Of a DNA stretch of 64,000 nt, positions 26,772-40,210 are shown in pieces (the first letter of the stretch is position 1; the number at the start of each line of letters is the position of its first letter). The notes under the pieces were generated by a model. It was given only the letters and a program-made list of their open reading frames with translations. It was not told the origin of the DNA and did no database searches. The position numbers and the translations under genes were made by a program. Origin of the DNA: Cycas panzhihuaensis (taxonomy: Eukaryota > Plantae > Cycadophyta); the NCBI GenBank assembly GCA_023213395.1, contig CM041465.1, positions 245,589,741 through 245,653,740 on the forward strand, given 5' to 3'.

Positions 26772-29700
26772 ATGGAGAGACAGATGCTCAATGCAAACAC
26801 CATTAAATTAACAGGTGCTGAAAACTATCTTACATGGAAGAAGCAACCTAAGAAATTGTTGATTATGAACGAGTTGTGGGGTTATGTGTTAGGCAAAATC
26901 GCCAAACCCGAACCAACTCCTGATCCTGCTAATCCACAAACTTTAATTCCTGCTGATCTTGTTGCATTAGCTTCTTTTAAAGGAAAGGATGAAGTCGCAT
27001 TTGCTTTTATTCATCTGTTTGTTAATGATAGTGTCGATCAGAATATCGAATTTGCATCGACTTTTAAAGATGCTTGCGATATAATTGTTTCTTTGTACGA
27101 ACACAAAGATGATGTAAGAATTGCCATGTATAAAGCAAAATTGTTTAGTTTGAAGTATGTTGCTCCAATAGTAGCTTGCTTATCTTCAATTAAGGTTATT
27201 GATAATCAATTGACAACGCTTGGTAAACTAGTCACAAATGAAGATTTGGTCATTGCAAGAATTCATGCACTATCCAAAGAGTATAATGGTTTTATGTCAT
27301 ACATTTTGCGAAATGGCACTTTGTTGATTCTAACTTTCAATGAGTTAGAACGTTTGTTGCTACAATAAGAAAAAATATACTTGTGGCAAGATGAGGTAAA
27401 CACATTAGGTGCTTTTCCAGCCAAGTTCAAATCCAAGCAACCATTTCAGCCCAAGCAGAGTTTTCTGAAGAAATTTGGCAGACTTAGTGTGAAATCAAAG
27501 ACTGTCATCTATCATTACTCTGGTAAAGTTGGCCACATTCAGTCTGATTGCATGAAATTATAGAGTGACTTGCGACAACCACAACAACAATAAATTCAAC
27601 GACAACAGAATCAACGTTAGCAACAACATCAATGCCAACAACAACAACAACAACAAGGACCAACTTGAGGTGCATTCTGAGGTGGTCGTCAAAGACGGAC
27701 AAATCGTGGTGGATTTCCAGGCCACACAACTCAACATGATCCAAGTGACATGACTTTTTTTGCATGTAGTGGCAGTCACAACGATAATACATGGATCATT
27801 GATTCTGGTGCATCATGCCACATGACAGGTAATGTAGATATTTTATCAAATTTTGAAGAATGCAAGGGTGAAACAATGACATTTGGGGACAATGCCACTG
27901 TAGAAATATCAGGTGTAGGTCAAATTGCACCTCATGATCAACATTCTGCATTTTCTAGCGGCAATGTTTTCTTAGTTCCTGGAATGCCCAAGAATTTACT
28001 CTTTTTGTTAGTCAGCTTGATAAGCAACATATGAGTGTGTTGCCCAAAGATAGGAAATGTGTAATCAGGAATAAAGAGGACTAGATAGTTGCAGCCTATC
28101 ATGAAGATCGTGGCCTCTGCAACATCTAGCACATCTCATGCCTTTGTTTCCCATTCTGTAAACAAGACTCAACTAAGGGATGAATGACTTGGACATCTTA
28201 ATTTAGACAGCATTAGGTAAATCTTCAGACAAAATTGGTTTATGGCTTACCCAAAATCTCTGGGGTAATTGCCTTTGCGAATTATGCCTTATGAGGAAGC
28301 AACATCGTGAACCTTTTCAGAAAGGTAAGGCCTGGAGAGCACAACATCTATTGCAACTTATACATTCTGACATCTTTAGTCCCATGATCACTCAGTCTCA
28401 TGGAGGATCATCATTCTTCATGACATTTATTGATGTTTACTCACATAAAGTGTGGGTCTACTTTCTTAAGCACAAGTCAGAAGCTTTGAACAAGTTTAAG
28501 GAATTTAAATTTGTTGTTGAAAATGAATTAGGCATGCACATCAAGATACTTAGATCTGATAATGGTGGTGAGTATAAATCCAGGGACTTCAATTAATTCT
28601 GTGTTCAGAATGGCATCAAACGATAATTTTCTGCCGCTTATACACTGCAACGAAATGGTGTGGCAGAAAGGATGAATAGAACTTTGGTCAGTAGGGCGAA
28701 AGTCGTGATGCATGCCAAAGCTCTCTCATTAGCATACTGGGCAGAAGCACTTCTCATTGCTGCGTATTTGCCAAACATCAGCTCGACTTCTGCACTTTCG
28801 GGCATGACACCCGAGGAGGCCTAGATTGGCTAAAAACCAACGATCAGTCATTTATGTACTTTTGGATACCCGTACTACATGAATATTCCTCATGAGCAAA
28901 GACGAAAATTTGATGACAAAAGTCTCAAATGTATCTTTATAGGATATGCTCTTGGAAGCAAAGCATATTGTTTGTTTGATCCCATTACTAACAAGATGCA
29001 TACTTCACGAGTCATCGTCTTTGCAGAAGACAATTGGGAGATTGACATCAGTTCTCGTCCTCTCTTTCTTGACAAAGACAAAGCTATTGTTGAGGAATCT
29101 GTTTCCTCAACGTCTTCTCTCATTAGCACCTGCTGCTTTTTCTTCCTCCTCATCTTCCTTAGATTCTTCATTGTGTCCTTCTTCTTCCGAGGTTCAACAA
29201 TCACCTCCCTCATAAGACCATGAAGTAACATCAATGAAGAAGCTGCCTAAATGGTATATGCAGACTATTGCAGATTCACAGATTGTTGAAGGCAAGCATC
29301 CATCCAAAATGTGGCCACCATCCACTGTCAACTATGCACTTATGGCTGAAGTGCTTACTGCTTCTGAGCCTTCCACTTTTGAGGAGGCATGTACTAATGA
29401 AAAGTGGCAAGCTGCTATGGATGATGAGATCCACTCAATCTATCAAAATGACACATGGGATTTGGTTGAATTACCACCTGGCAAACAAGCCATTAGTTGT
29501 AAGTGGATCTACAAAATCAAGTATAAGTCAGATGGTACTATTGAGCAACATAAGGCTTGCCTCGTTGCCAAAGGTTTCAACCAGCAAGAAGGCATCGACT
29601 TCACTTAGACATTTGCACCTGTGGCCAATATGAACACCATCGGAATTGTTATGGCCTTAGCTGCACAATGCAAGTGGCCATTGTATCAAATGGATGTCAA

Positions 29701-29850
29701 AAGCAACTTTCTCAACGATGATTCGACTAAGGAGGTACATTTGGATCAACCTATTGGTACATTTCAGCCAACCAATTGACATCGACATCTTCACCACTTG
29801 AGAAAGAGAAGTTTGAGCATTTCAGAAACTGCCTCAGCATTCGACTTAAT
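26772..29850 (+). pseudogene. Copia gag-pol remnant (gag, knuckle, protease, integrase, RT start, RNase H tail)
   Basis: KLTGAENYLTWK, GKVGHIQSDC, WIIDSGASCHMTG, LIHSDIFSP, ILRSDNGGEY, CIFIGYA, EPSTFEEA, TWDLVELPPGKQAISCKWIYK. Confidence 0.92.
27575..27657 (+). repeat. Imperfect (AAC)n tract between gag knuckle and protease
   Basis: caaccacaacaacaat...aacaacaacaacaacaac; reads as Asn- or Gln-rich depending on frame. Confidence 0.8.
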
Positions 29851-30726
29851 GTTGTATCCATTCAGGGGGGGTGTTAGAGCCTTCATGTCCTAAGCATTAA
29901 GTCTTGACCATGGACATTAGTATTTTTTGTCACTTTAGGCCTTTATCCTAAAGTGTTCATTTGCTTGATTATAAAATTGTTTTTTGTCTTGTAGTGGCTT
30001 TTTCACATGTGCTTGTGAACAGTCAAGTTTGGATGGCTCCATCCTTATCTTTGAGGAAAGTAGAGTCTTAATTAGATTTGCCTTGTATTGTTGATCAGTG
30101 ACATGTGGTGAGATCCTAATCGTTCAATCTACTTTATAAGGAGTCCTACTTTCCATGTTTTAGAATGTAATGTTGGAGTTAGAATTATGCTACTATAGCA
30201 TATCTTGTAGGTGTAGTGTTGAGATAAATTCTCCTTCCTACTTGTGTCCATAATAGGTTGAGTTGAAGTAGAATGCTCCTCCTTATTATCTTCATGTTTT
30301 GTACTCCATGTTTTCATTAATCTAAAGTTTAGTCCTTCATGTTATGATGTCCTATGTAGTTCCTCAATAGATTCTGGTGCTTGTGTCATTTTCATTAGTC
30401 TTTCAGTGCATAAGCACTCTTAATGACTTAACATAATATTTCTACTAGACCCTAAACTTTAACATTAATTTTAGTCTATGAACCATGTCACAATACTCCC
30501 TTAGGACTACAACATTAGTGTCCCTTAGACATAATGCTTTGCTAGACATATTAAACATTATGTCTTAACATCATTTGACACCTTTTTTCTTTAATAAAAA
30601 TCCGTAGAACTTGAAAAATTCGCACATTTCCATACAATTGTACGATCGTACAACCTTTGTCAGATTTTTCCTAGTAACTTCATTCAACAATGTTCTTATT
30701 TCTCAGCCATTTGGCCTTCAACAGAA

Positions 30727-33700
30727 TGGCTTCTTCAGTTTTCTCTTTGGGTGATGTTGATAAACTCACATGCTAGATTTTTAATATTTGGAAATTAAAA
30801 ATGGAGGGACTTTTGAGGGCAAAAAATGCTTGAAAAATTGTCATAGGGGAAGGAAAAAACCCTTTGACATTGTAGACCAAATTAGTTGGGAAGAAAGAGA
30901 TAATCAAACACATGCAACTATCATGTTGTCTATTGGGGACTCTCTGTTAACCCATGTTGCTGGAGTTGCCACTTTAGTAGATGTTTGAAAGGCTGTAACC
31001 TCTTTCTTTAGCCAAAAAATTGAAGTCGTCATAATATCTTTAAGAGAAGAGTTGTACAAAGTTCACCTGAGAGAAGCACAAACAGTATTAGAATTTGTGA
31101 TAAAAATTGCTACTCTCAAAGATGATCTTGTTTTAGTAGGAGAACCCATATTAGATACTGAACTTGTTTGACTCACAATAAATAAGGTACCTAAATCATT
31201 TGACAATATGGTCAACACACTCGTAACAGGTGGTTATACTACTAACATGAAATTTGAGACTTTCACTGGACATATGCTTCAACAAGAACAAAGGAGCAGA
31301 CGATATGATGAGGTGACAAAAATCAAGGAGGCATTTCTTTCAAAGCTATGTGTAAGAGGGTGAGGTCGTGCTCAACATTTAAGAGGCAATGGAAAATCAT
31401 TCAGGACAACATCAACCGAGGGTCAAGGCTGGATTGATAACTGCGTTAGAGGTAGATGGACACAAAGGATGAGGAAGGGCTAGGCCAATTCCTCCAAGAG
31501 AGTCAAGAGTCTACTTCAATTATGGTAGATATGGTCACTTCTCCAGTTCCTGTAGAACACCAAATTGTTTCCATTGTGGTCAATCTAGGTATTTTCCTAA
31601 TTGTTGTCCTCAAAGACCTGTAGACATTCAGGGAGGAAAAGGAATTGAAGGCAATTATAGTAATCAACAACATGAAGAAGGTGAAGAAACAATATTTGTT
31701 GCAGCACTGGCCATGAACTTATGCTCTAATGATGATTGATACATTGACTCAGGAGCATTAAACCATATGACTGGTTGAGAAGAATGGTTTGAATCCTCAA
31801 GACCCTATTTTCTTAACAGGTCTACTGAACTTGGCAACAATTTTCCTCTTCACATTCAAGGAAAAGGGACAATAGCTATTAGAATTAGTAATGAAGTCAA
31901 GAAGATTGGCAATGTTCTCTATGTCCCAAGTTTGATGAAAAATTTATTGTTTGTATCTTAGCTTAGAAGAAAGAGACCATGAGTCATCTCCAACAAAGAT
32001 GGGAATTGTCTGTTGTGTTGCATGAAAAAGAATGGAACTGTGATTACAGAAGGGAGAGAAGCTAACAATCTCTATAAGTTAATTTCCACCCCATTCTGCC
32101 AACATCTAATGTAAAATCTATTGTTACTTGCACTTCTTCTAATGAAATCTGGCATTTTAAGTATGGGCATATCTCAAACAAAAGATTAGAATTATTGAAA
32201 AATTCTAATATGGTGATCGAACTTCCAGATATAACATTTAATTCATTTGCTTGCAAAAGCTGTATGGTAGGCAAGCAACATAGAGTTCCATTCTGGGAAG
32301 GAATATGGAGAGCTCAAAAGAAGCTAGAGTTGAATCATACTGATTTGTGTGGACCCATAACTCTGAATTCTATAAATATTGCAAGGTATTTCCTCACATT
32401 TATTGATGACGTCTCCAGGAAAATGTGGGTATACTTTCTTTTTAGCAAATTTGAAACTTTAGATTATTTCAAAGAATTTAAGGCCTAGGTTGAATTAGAA
32501 AGTGAATGCGAAATCAATACTCTTTGTTTAGATGGAGGAGGGGAATATATATCTGGTGGCTTTCATCATTTTTGTCAGTTTCATGGAATACAAAGACAGG
32601 GGACAACTCCATAGATACCCCAATTGAATGGAGTAGCAGAGTGTATGAATAAAACCATAATGGAAATGGCCAGGAGTTTGATAGATGAAAGAACAATTTC
32701 AAGAACATACTGCATAGAAGTTGTCAACACAGATGTATACTTGATCAACAGAAGTCCAACTCAAGCCTTGGAGAAAATAATGCCCAAAGAAGCTTGGATA
32801 AGAAAAAAGCTAGGTGTAAGTAATCTTAAACGTTTTGGTTGCAAAACTTATGTTCAAATTCCATATTAAAAATGAACTAAGTTAGACAACAAAAGCATAG
32901 AATGTATTATGGTTGGTTTTAGTAAAAGTCTAAGGCTTATAAATGCATAGACCTAAAAACAAATAAGGTCTTTGTAAGTCAGGATGTTGTTTTTTATGAA
33001 AAGATCAATCAAGGAGATGAATTAATTTGTAGACAAGTGGAAGAATTTCCCAGGTGAACTGTTCTAGTTGAAGAAAAATTTGAGATTACATCAACAAACT
33101 TAATTGAGTCAAATGAAGAACAATCAGAGGGAAACATACAAGATAACTTTGATGGTGAATGTTCAGAGGAAGTACAAAATATTCTTGAACAAAGATCTTC
33201 ACAAATGGTCATATGAGAATGTTCAAAGAAAGTACCTAAATGGTATCTCAAAACAATTGAAGAATCAAAATGGGATGTGTTTGAACAAAGAACAAGGTTT
33301 TAAAAACATTGGGGTTTAATTTGTTTGGTTGAACCTTAAAGTTTTGCAGAAGCAAGTGATCATTCGAAATGGAGGGATGCAATGGATACTGAAATGAATG
33401 CCATTGAAAAAAGGAGAACCTAGGAATTGGTTAGTGTTCTAAATGACAAAGCCATTGTTGACTGTAAATGGGTATATAAGATTAAAGAAATGTTTGATGG
33501 AACAATTGAAAAATATAAGGTTAGATTAGTAGCTGGGATAGATTATGATAAAACCTTTTCACCTGTATCAAAGTTAATAACTGTAAGAATAATTATAGCA
33601 TTAACAACACTAATTAAGGTGGAGCATTGTTCAACTTGATGTTAAAAGTGCATTCTTGAATGGAGAATTCAAGGAAGAAGTATATACGCAACAATTAGCT

Positions 33701-34840
33701 AGTTATGTAAAGAAAGGAGAAGATCATCTAGTCTGCAAATTAAAGAAGGCTTTTTATGGTCTAAAGCAAGCATCGAGAGCCTGGTATGCCAAACTTGACA
33801 GACACCTCAATCAAAATGGATTCAATAAAAGTAATTTTGATCGTAGTCTATATAATAAAACAAATAAAGGGTTAATCACTATCATTGTTGTTTATGTAGA
33901 TGACATGATAGTCATAGACAATGATGATGAATCTATTTTAGAAATAAAATCCTAGTTAGAAAAATAATTTGAAATGACTGATTTAGGTCTTCTTCACTAT
34001 TATTGTGGGATTGAAGTTCAATAACAAAAGGATTCAATTTTTATTTTACACTTAAAATATGTGAAAAATCTCTTGAAAAAATTTAGAATGGAAGATTGTA
34101 GCAGTTTCTCTACTCCGATGGAGACAGGGTGTGTTACGGCTCATGATACAGATGGTTAACTAGTAGATGCAATATTGTACGGGCATTTGGTGGGTAGTCC
34201 CATATATCTCACAACCACCAGACCTAACATATTATATTCAGTTGCAGTAATCTCCAAATACATGCAACAACCTAAAGTTTCACATTTGGAATGTAGCAAA
34301 AATAATACTAGTGTATATCAAAGGTACACTGACCATGGGTTTGAGTTATACTAAGGCATCTACTATGCAATTGACTGGATACAATGATTTAGACTAAGCT
34401 GGAGACAAGCAAGATAGGAACTCTACAACAAGATATTGTTTTTCACTCAGTTCAACAGTTGTGTCATGGACCAACAAAACACAACCAACTATAGTTTTAT
34501 CTTCCACTGAAGTAGAATATAAAGCAGTAGTCAACGCCACATGTGAAGCTATATGGATCTGACAACTCTTAAATAATTTTGAAACAAGAGCAAACTCATC
34601 CTACTGTTCTCTTTTGTGATAACCAGAGTGTAATTAAAATGACAAAAAAATCCAATATTTCATGCTAGAATAAAACATATTGAACTTCAACATCATTGTA
34701 TAAGAAAAAAGGTATAAAGTAAAGAATTGTATCTGCTCCACTGTGTAGTGAAGAACAGATTGTTGATATCTTCACAAAACCAATTGCTAAAGGCAAGTTT
34801 CAATACTTTAGGGATAGACTTGGAATAAAAGAAAATAGAT
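30727..34840 (+). pseudogene. Copia gag-pol remnant of element 18673-35085
   Basis: YIDSGA (~31740), LELNHTDLCGP, NGVAECMNKTIMEMARSL, CKWVYKIK, YGLKQASRAWY, VYVDDM, and RNase H SSTEVEY / CDNQS. Confidence 0.92.
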
Positions 34841-37800
34841 AAAACATTAAGAGAGGTTGTTGAATATATTGTTTTATATATAGGGTCATTATATTTTATT
34901 TCTAGGTCCTTCTTAGTGTTATACTGAGGGTTGTGTGTCAATCCCTCTTTTATGTAATTGTGACATGCGATACACATTCATAAACTCTAAATAATCACAC
35001 ATATTACACATGATTGATAAATATATAAAGTCTATTCACTCATTTAGACGAATACTCTTTTTCATATCATTTGTCTGTTTTAACATTTAAAACCATGTTT
35101 CCACTTGTTGTTTTCTCCATTTGTGATAGTTTTTTTCTCTTGTCTAAGGCTGCAATTGCTTAAATCATGCTCGAGAACCCTAGAATTGACTATTTGTCTA
35201 TTGTTTTTTGTCTTTGTTTGCCTCTGGTGTGCAAATCAACCTCTACGGTTGTGTGTGTGAAAATTTTGATAGCTATAGATTTTTATTTCGTGCGTAGTTG
35301 ATTTTTTAATAATCTAAAGTTTCAATCTTTAGTATAGTGAAATTAAACTGTTCTATGTAACGTTTGGGGTCTGCTCCTTTGTTTTTGGGCCAATGGTCAC
35401 ATTGTGAAAGGGGCTTTAATGCCCGAAAGGTCCTAATTGCCATATCTTCTCTGTTTTACCTTTGATTTCAAAAATTCAAGTTGTTGTAATCATATTTTGA
35501 GCTATACTTTCATAATATGAGCCTAGATTTGTAAACAAACCTTGCAACCTCTAAATATTCATATAAACTCATGCTTGTGATTATGATTTTATTGTAATTT
35601 TTGCCATTATGTCGAGTGTAAACATAGCTAGTTACATTCTATGAGAGTCAAAAACTAAATGGCAAAAGTTATGTAAATTGGAAGTTTAAAATATCCAATA
35701 TTCTTGCTCAATAAAGATTAATGAAAATTGTTGAAGGCAAGGAACCTAAGCCAGTTCAGACAACTCGTCAAGTTGCAATGATTGTAGGACCATCTGCTGT
35801 AGCAATCTCTGTAACTTTAATGGTATTAGCCAAAGATGTGGAAGATTGAGAGGGCAAAAATTGAGAAGCACTCATGATTATTGGTTTGTCTGTTGCAGAT
35901 GAACCAATTACACACTTGCAAGGCTAAACAACATCAACGGAAGCATGACAAACATTGAAATATCTATATGAAACAAAGAACGACACTAGAGTTTGGTGCC
36001 TAAGGAATCAATTGTATGCCTACAAAATTACAATTGATGACTCTATCTCCATTCATTTGCAAAGACATAAGGAGATTAGAGATCAACAAATTGCCATTGG
36101 TGAGAAGTCAAGGAGAGAGCTTGTGAGCATAACTTTGAATAGCTTCTACAAAGGCTATCAAATTTTTGTTACTAGCTTGTGCCTAAAGGAGAGATCATAG
36201 TCTTTAAGATTTGGAGAATTATTTGGACTTCTCATGCACAAAGAACAATGTATGGGTGGATATGTTGGAGGCAATGGTGGCATGGAATTGACTTCTCATA
36301 GCTCTGTCTGTTGATGACAAAAAAGTCTTTGTGTTTAGTGCTATTTCTGGCAGTTCAAGACCTAGTATATTGATTTTGGAGCATCAAACCTTATCTCCTT
36401 CCATAAGAAGTGGTTTATGGAACTCAAATTTGTAAATGGTTTGATCATAATTGTTGGTGATTACAATCAACATAGAGTAACATATAAAGGTACAATTGTT
36501 CTTAAGAAAAAATTTAATAAAATTACTATCTATGATGTACTATATGTATCATCCTTTAAGCATAACTTACTTTTTGTAAGTCGTATAACAAAACTGAATT
36601 TGAAAGTGGAGTTTGTTGTTGTTAAATGTGTCATCAAAGATGACAATTCTGTAATTGCTCAAGGAGTCCAAGAGAATGGCTTATATAAATTTTCCGGCTC
36701 ATTTGAGCATTGTTTTATTACAACTTCATCTGATGCATTATGACATGACCATTTTGGTCATTTGAACTACTCCAACCTTTATTTCTAAATAAGTTAAAGA
36801 TAGTACATGACCTTCCTTTTAGTACAGAAAAACAATGAAATCTGCAGTGCTTGTGTATTAGGAAAACATCATAGCGAAAAAATTGTTAAATCCACATGGC
36901 ATGCAAAACATAAATTAGAATTGGTACACTTTGTTCTATGTGGACCAATCACATTGGGTTCATTTAGAGGAGTGAGATACTTCATGATGTTCATCAACGA
37001 CTTGACTAGGAAGACATGGGTTTATCTTATGAAAAACAAGTCAGAAGCATTTACAAAGTTTAAGGAATTCAAAGCTGAAGTGGAAAACTTCTCTAAAAAG
37101 AAGGATTAAAATTATGAGAAGTGATAGTTGAGGTGAATATCTATCTTACGAGTTCATTACTTTTTGCAAGAACCATGGCATCAAATGAAAATTAATAACA
37201 TCTTATACAACACAGTAGAATGTTGAAGCCAAAAGAAAGAATCACATTGTTGCTGAAATGGCGAGATGTATGCTTAAATCCAAAAATGTGCCTAATGGCT
37301 TGTGGGCTGAAGCAGTGAACATAGCAATTTATATTTTGAGTAGAAGTTCTACAATAACTATTCAAAATATGACTCCCGAAGAAGCTTAGACAGAAAGAAA
37401 ACCCTTTGTTTGTAATCTTTGTGTTTTTGGTTATACTATTTATGTTCATGTACCTGATGAAAAGCGATAAAAGCTTGTTGATAAAAGTTGCGGGTGCATT
37501 TTTGTAGGATATTGCGAGTCATCCAAAGCCTATAGGCTCTGGAATCCTTCAGAGAAGAAGAATGTAATTAATAGGGATGCACTCTTTTTTGATTTTGATG
37601 AGGATATAATTCCTATTATAAATATTGATGCTGAAAGTAAAAAGTTGAAGAGTGAAACTAATGTGAAGAAAGAAGAGGATGTGGAATTACTTGTAGATAT
37701 CCCTTTCTTCCTTCTTCTAAGTTACCTAAATGGTATACTCAAACCATGAAAGATTCCAAGATTAGTGATATTGACACTAGTCTAGATGTGCAGATATGCA

Positions 37801-39329
37801 ACAAGGTAAATTTAGCCTTGATGTCTAATGTCTTAAACGCAGATGAACCTAAATTTTTTACTGAAGCCAAGGATGCACCTCATTGGTAGTCAACTATGCA
37901 GGAAGAGTACAGCGCCATACTGAAGAATGATACTTGGAATCTTGTTGAGCTTCCACTTGGGAAGAAGGCAATTGGTTGCAAATGGGTGTACAAGGCGAAG
38001 TATTGATCAAATGGTGATATCAACAAGTATAAGGCTCAACTTGTAGCTAAAGGTTATGCTTAGATTGAAGGTGGAGGTTTGGAAGAAACCTTTGCACCTA
38101 TGGTGAAAATTGTTAAACCTTATGTTTATATGTTAAGATAATGTACTTTTATTTTCATGTAATATGTGTACTTTTTACTTTAGGGGTGACTTATCACTTA
38201 AGTGATAAAGTGCACACCCACATTCTTTCTAGTGACACAACGTTGTCACTAAAGGGTCAAATGGACCCTCATGTATTTTTGCTCACATGAGAGCCCAAAA
38301 GGACACATGTCCAACATGCAAGGCATGTATCTTGGATGTTTGACACTTGTCAAACATCCAAGGCCTTAGGTCTCTCATCTCACTCTATATAATGAGACCT
38401 CTTCTCATTGTCTCATAAGAGAGTTGGAGTCAGATTGTTATCTTTGTCGCTTGCTAATCAAACTGTTCATTCTTTGGAGGTTGGACCAATTCCAACTCCA
38501 CATATTGGGTATCATTTTCTCTTGCTCCTTCATTTGTGCTTTGTCTCTTTGCTCTCTATTTTTCTTGAGATTATTATACTTGTTTGTATTTCTGCAACTA
38601 GAACTAGAGTGATCCTAGTTTCTAGATCTTGGGATTGTTGAAGTCATCTAGCCTCTTTTCACATTTGGTATCAGAGCAAGAGGAGACTAGCTCCCTCTGT
38701 TCTGGTTTGTAGTTGCTCAAGGAGATTTGAAGAAAGCTACAAACCCTTGGTGACGACCTTCGTACTTTGAAGGCGATCCAAGGTTTGTTTTGAAGTTTTT
38801 AATTGCAAGTTCAAGCATTTTGGAGCTACATTTGTAGGCTGGAGCAAGCACATTTCAAATCTGAATTTTTTTTTCAGACTTTTATCAAGAGTGCAGCACT
38901 CACTGTTTTCCAAAAATAATGATTTTCTCTAATTTTTTCTTTAGAAAAAATTATTTTTTTTGTAAATTCAAGGCAGATCTCAGGAGTTACATGTGGTTTT
39001 TTGACTGAAAATCAGTTTTTAATCACTCCATTCAGACAAAACTTCATTTACAAAGATTCCTCACTATTCTGGGCCTTTTTTTAAACTTGCAGAGCAATTT
39101 TCTTGATAAAAATTGGTCATTTCTACTGGTTTCTACTAGCTGCTCTCTATCTAACTTTCACTGCAGACTTCCGGAGGTGTAGTAGACCCTGCGTGGGTCC
39201 CACAGAGCTACTCAAGTGACCGTACGTCACTCACAAGGTTGTACAAGCCCATCCGCCCCACAAATTGCGGCGCCTTTGAAAGGACCTCTTTACTGTTCTC
39301 TTTGCACGCAGCACGTAACGCCCTCGATT

Positions 39330-39765
39330 TGAGCTGTTTTCCATGATTTGTCTCCCTTTATGAGAGTTGTTTTCATACTTAAAGAGCTGTTTTCATACTT
39401 AAACAACTCGTGTTTTCATACTTAAAGAGTCGTTTTCATACTTAAATAATTGTGTTTTCATACTTAAAGAGTTGTTTTCCATGATTTATGAGAGCTTTTC
39501 ATACTTAAAGAGTCAGTTTTCATACTTAAATGACTATGTTTTCATACTTAAAGAGTTGTTTTCATACTTAAACAATTTGTGTTTTCATACTTAAAGCGCT
39601 GTTTTCCATGATTTGTGAGAGCTGTTTTCATACTTAAAGAGTTATTTTCATACTTAAAGAACTGTTTCCATACTTAAACAGCTGTGTTTTCATACTTAAA
39701 GAAAGCTTTTCCATGATTTATGAGAGTGTTTTCATACTTAAAGAGCTATTTTCATACTTAAATCA
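39330..39765 (+). repeat. Minisatellite, ~21-23-bp unit GTTTTCATACTTAAA(GAG/CAA), with periodic TTTTCCATGATTT(A/G)TGAGAG variant
   Basis: More than a dozen copies of ttttcatacttaaa. The variant unit recurs at ~39340, ~39478, ~39603 and ~39708. Confidence 0.92.
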
Positions 39766-39789
39766 TTGCTTATGTTTAGTTCTATGTCT

Positions 39790-40210
39790 CACGAATCGCC
39801 AAAAAGGCTTTATTTCGTCACTGAATCGCCAAAAGGCTTTATTTCGCTTCATCGAACTACCAAAAAGACTTTATTTTTGCCTTGCTTTGACTGTGCAAGA
39901 CAGGTTGAAATGTGTTTTTAAAGGCAGTAAGCATCGCTACTGGATCCATCAAATTTTGTGCTATAAGCATTCATGAAATTGACTTTGTACTGCATCTTTC
40001 GCTCACCGAATCGCCAAAAAGGCTTTATTTCGCTTCATCGAATCGCCAAAAGGCTTTATTTCGTCACCGAATCGCCAAAAAGACTTTATTTCTGCCTTGC
40101 TTTGACTGTGCAAGACAGGCTGGAATGTGTTCTTAAAGGCAGTAAGCATCGCTACTAGATCTATCAAATTTTGTGCTATAAGCATTCATGAAATTGACTT
40201 TGTACTGCAT
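39790..40210 (+). repeat. Array of GAATCGCCAAAAAGGCTTTATTTCG units within a ~215-bp tandem duplication
   Basis: Three short units plus a ...ggcagtaagcatcgctact...gactttgtactgcat block, present twice. Confidence 0.9.

Larger units (their letters stand above)
23683..30405 (+). mobile_element. Ty1/copia with both LTRs, 2.6-kb leader and internal deletion of most RT/RNase H
   Basis: LTRs 23683-24163 and 29872-30405, PBS 24167-24178, PPT aggggggg 29864-29871, perfect TSD gtgca (23678-23682 / 30406-30410). Confidence 0.95.
19471..30570 (-). mobile_element. Second gag-only (TR-GAG-like) LTR element; 5' LTR split by insertion 23683-30405
   Basis: 3' LTR 19471-19775, reverse-complement PPT ccctccctt from 19776, reverse-complement PBS actttgatacca 23525-23536, 5' LTR 23537-23682 + 30411-30570, perfect TSD tcatt (19466-19470 / 30571-30575). 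Confidence 0.93.
18673..35085 (+). mobile_element. Full-length degenerate Ty1/copia with nested insertion
   Basis: LTRs 18673-18913 and 34858-35085, PBS tggtattagagt 18914-18925, PPT aagagagg just before 34858, perfect TSD tttaa (18668-18672 / 35086-35090). Confidence 0.93.
18005..38110 (+). mobile_element. Ty1/copia, 3'-truncated (5' LTR 18005-18332, PBS 18333-18344; internal resumes at 35091; gag-pol ~35610-38110)
   Basis: tgtta...gaca then tggtatcagagc. Motifs LKYLYETKND, LELVHFVLCGP and RT start, cut by the LTR at 38111. No 3' LTR found. Confidence 0.8.

Noticed and set aside
39330-40210. CRISPR-like repeat array
   Set aside because: Units are contiguous or separated by a few repetitive bases, with no unique spacers, no cas genes and a eukaryotic TE context.
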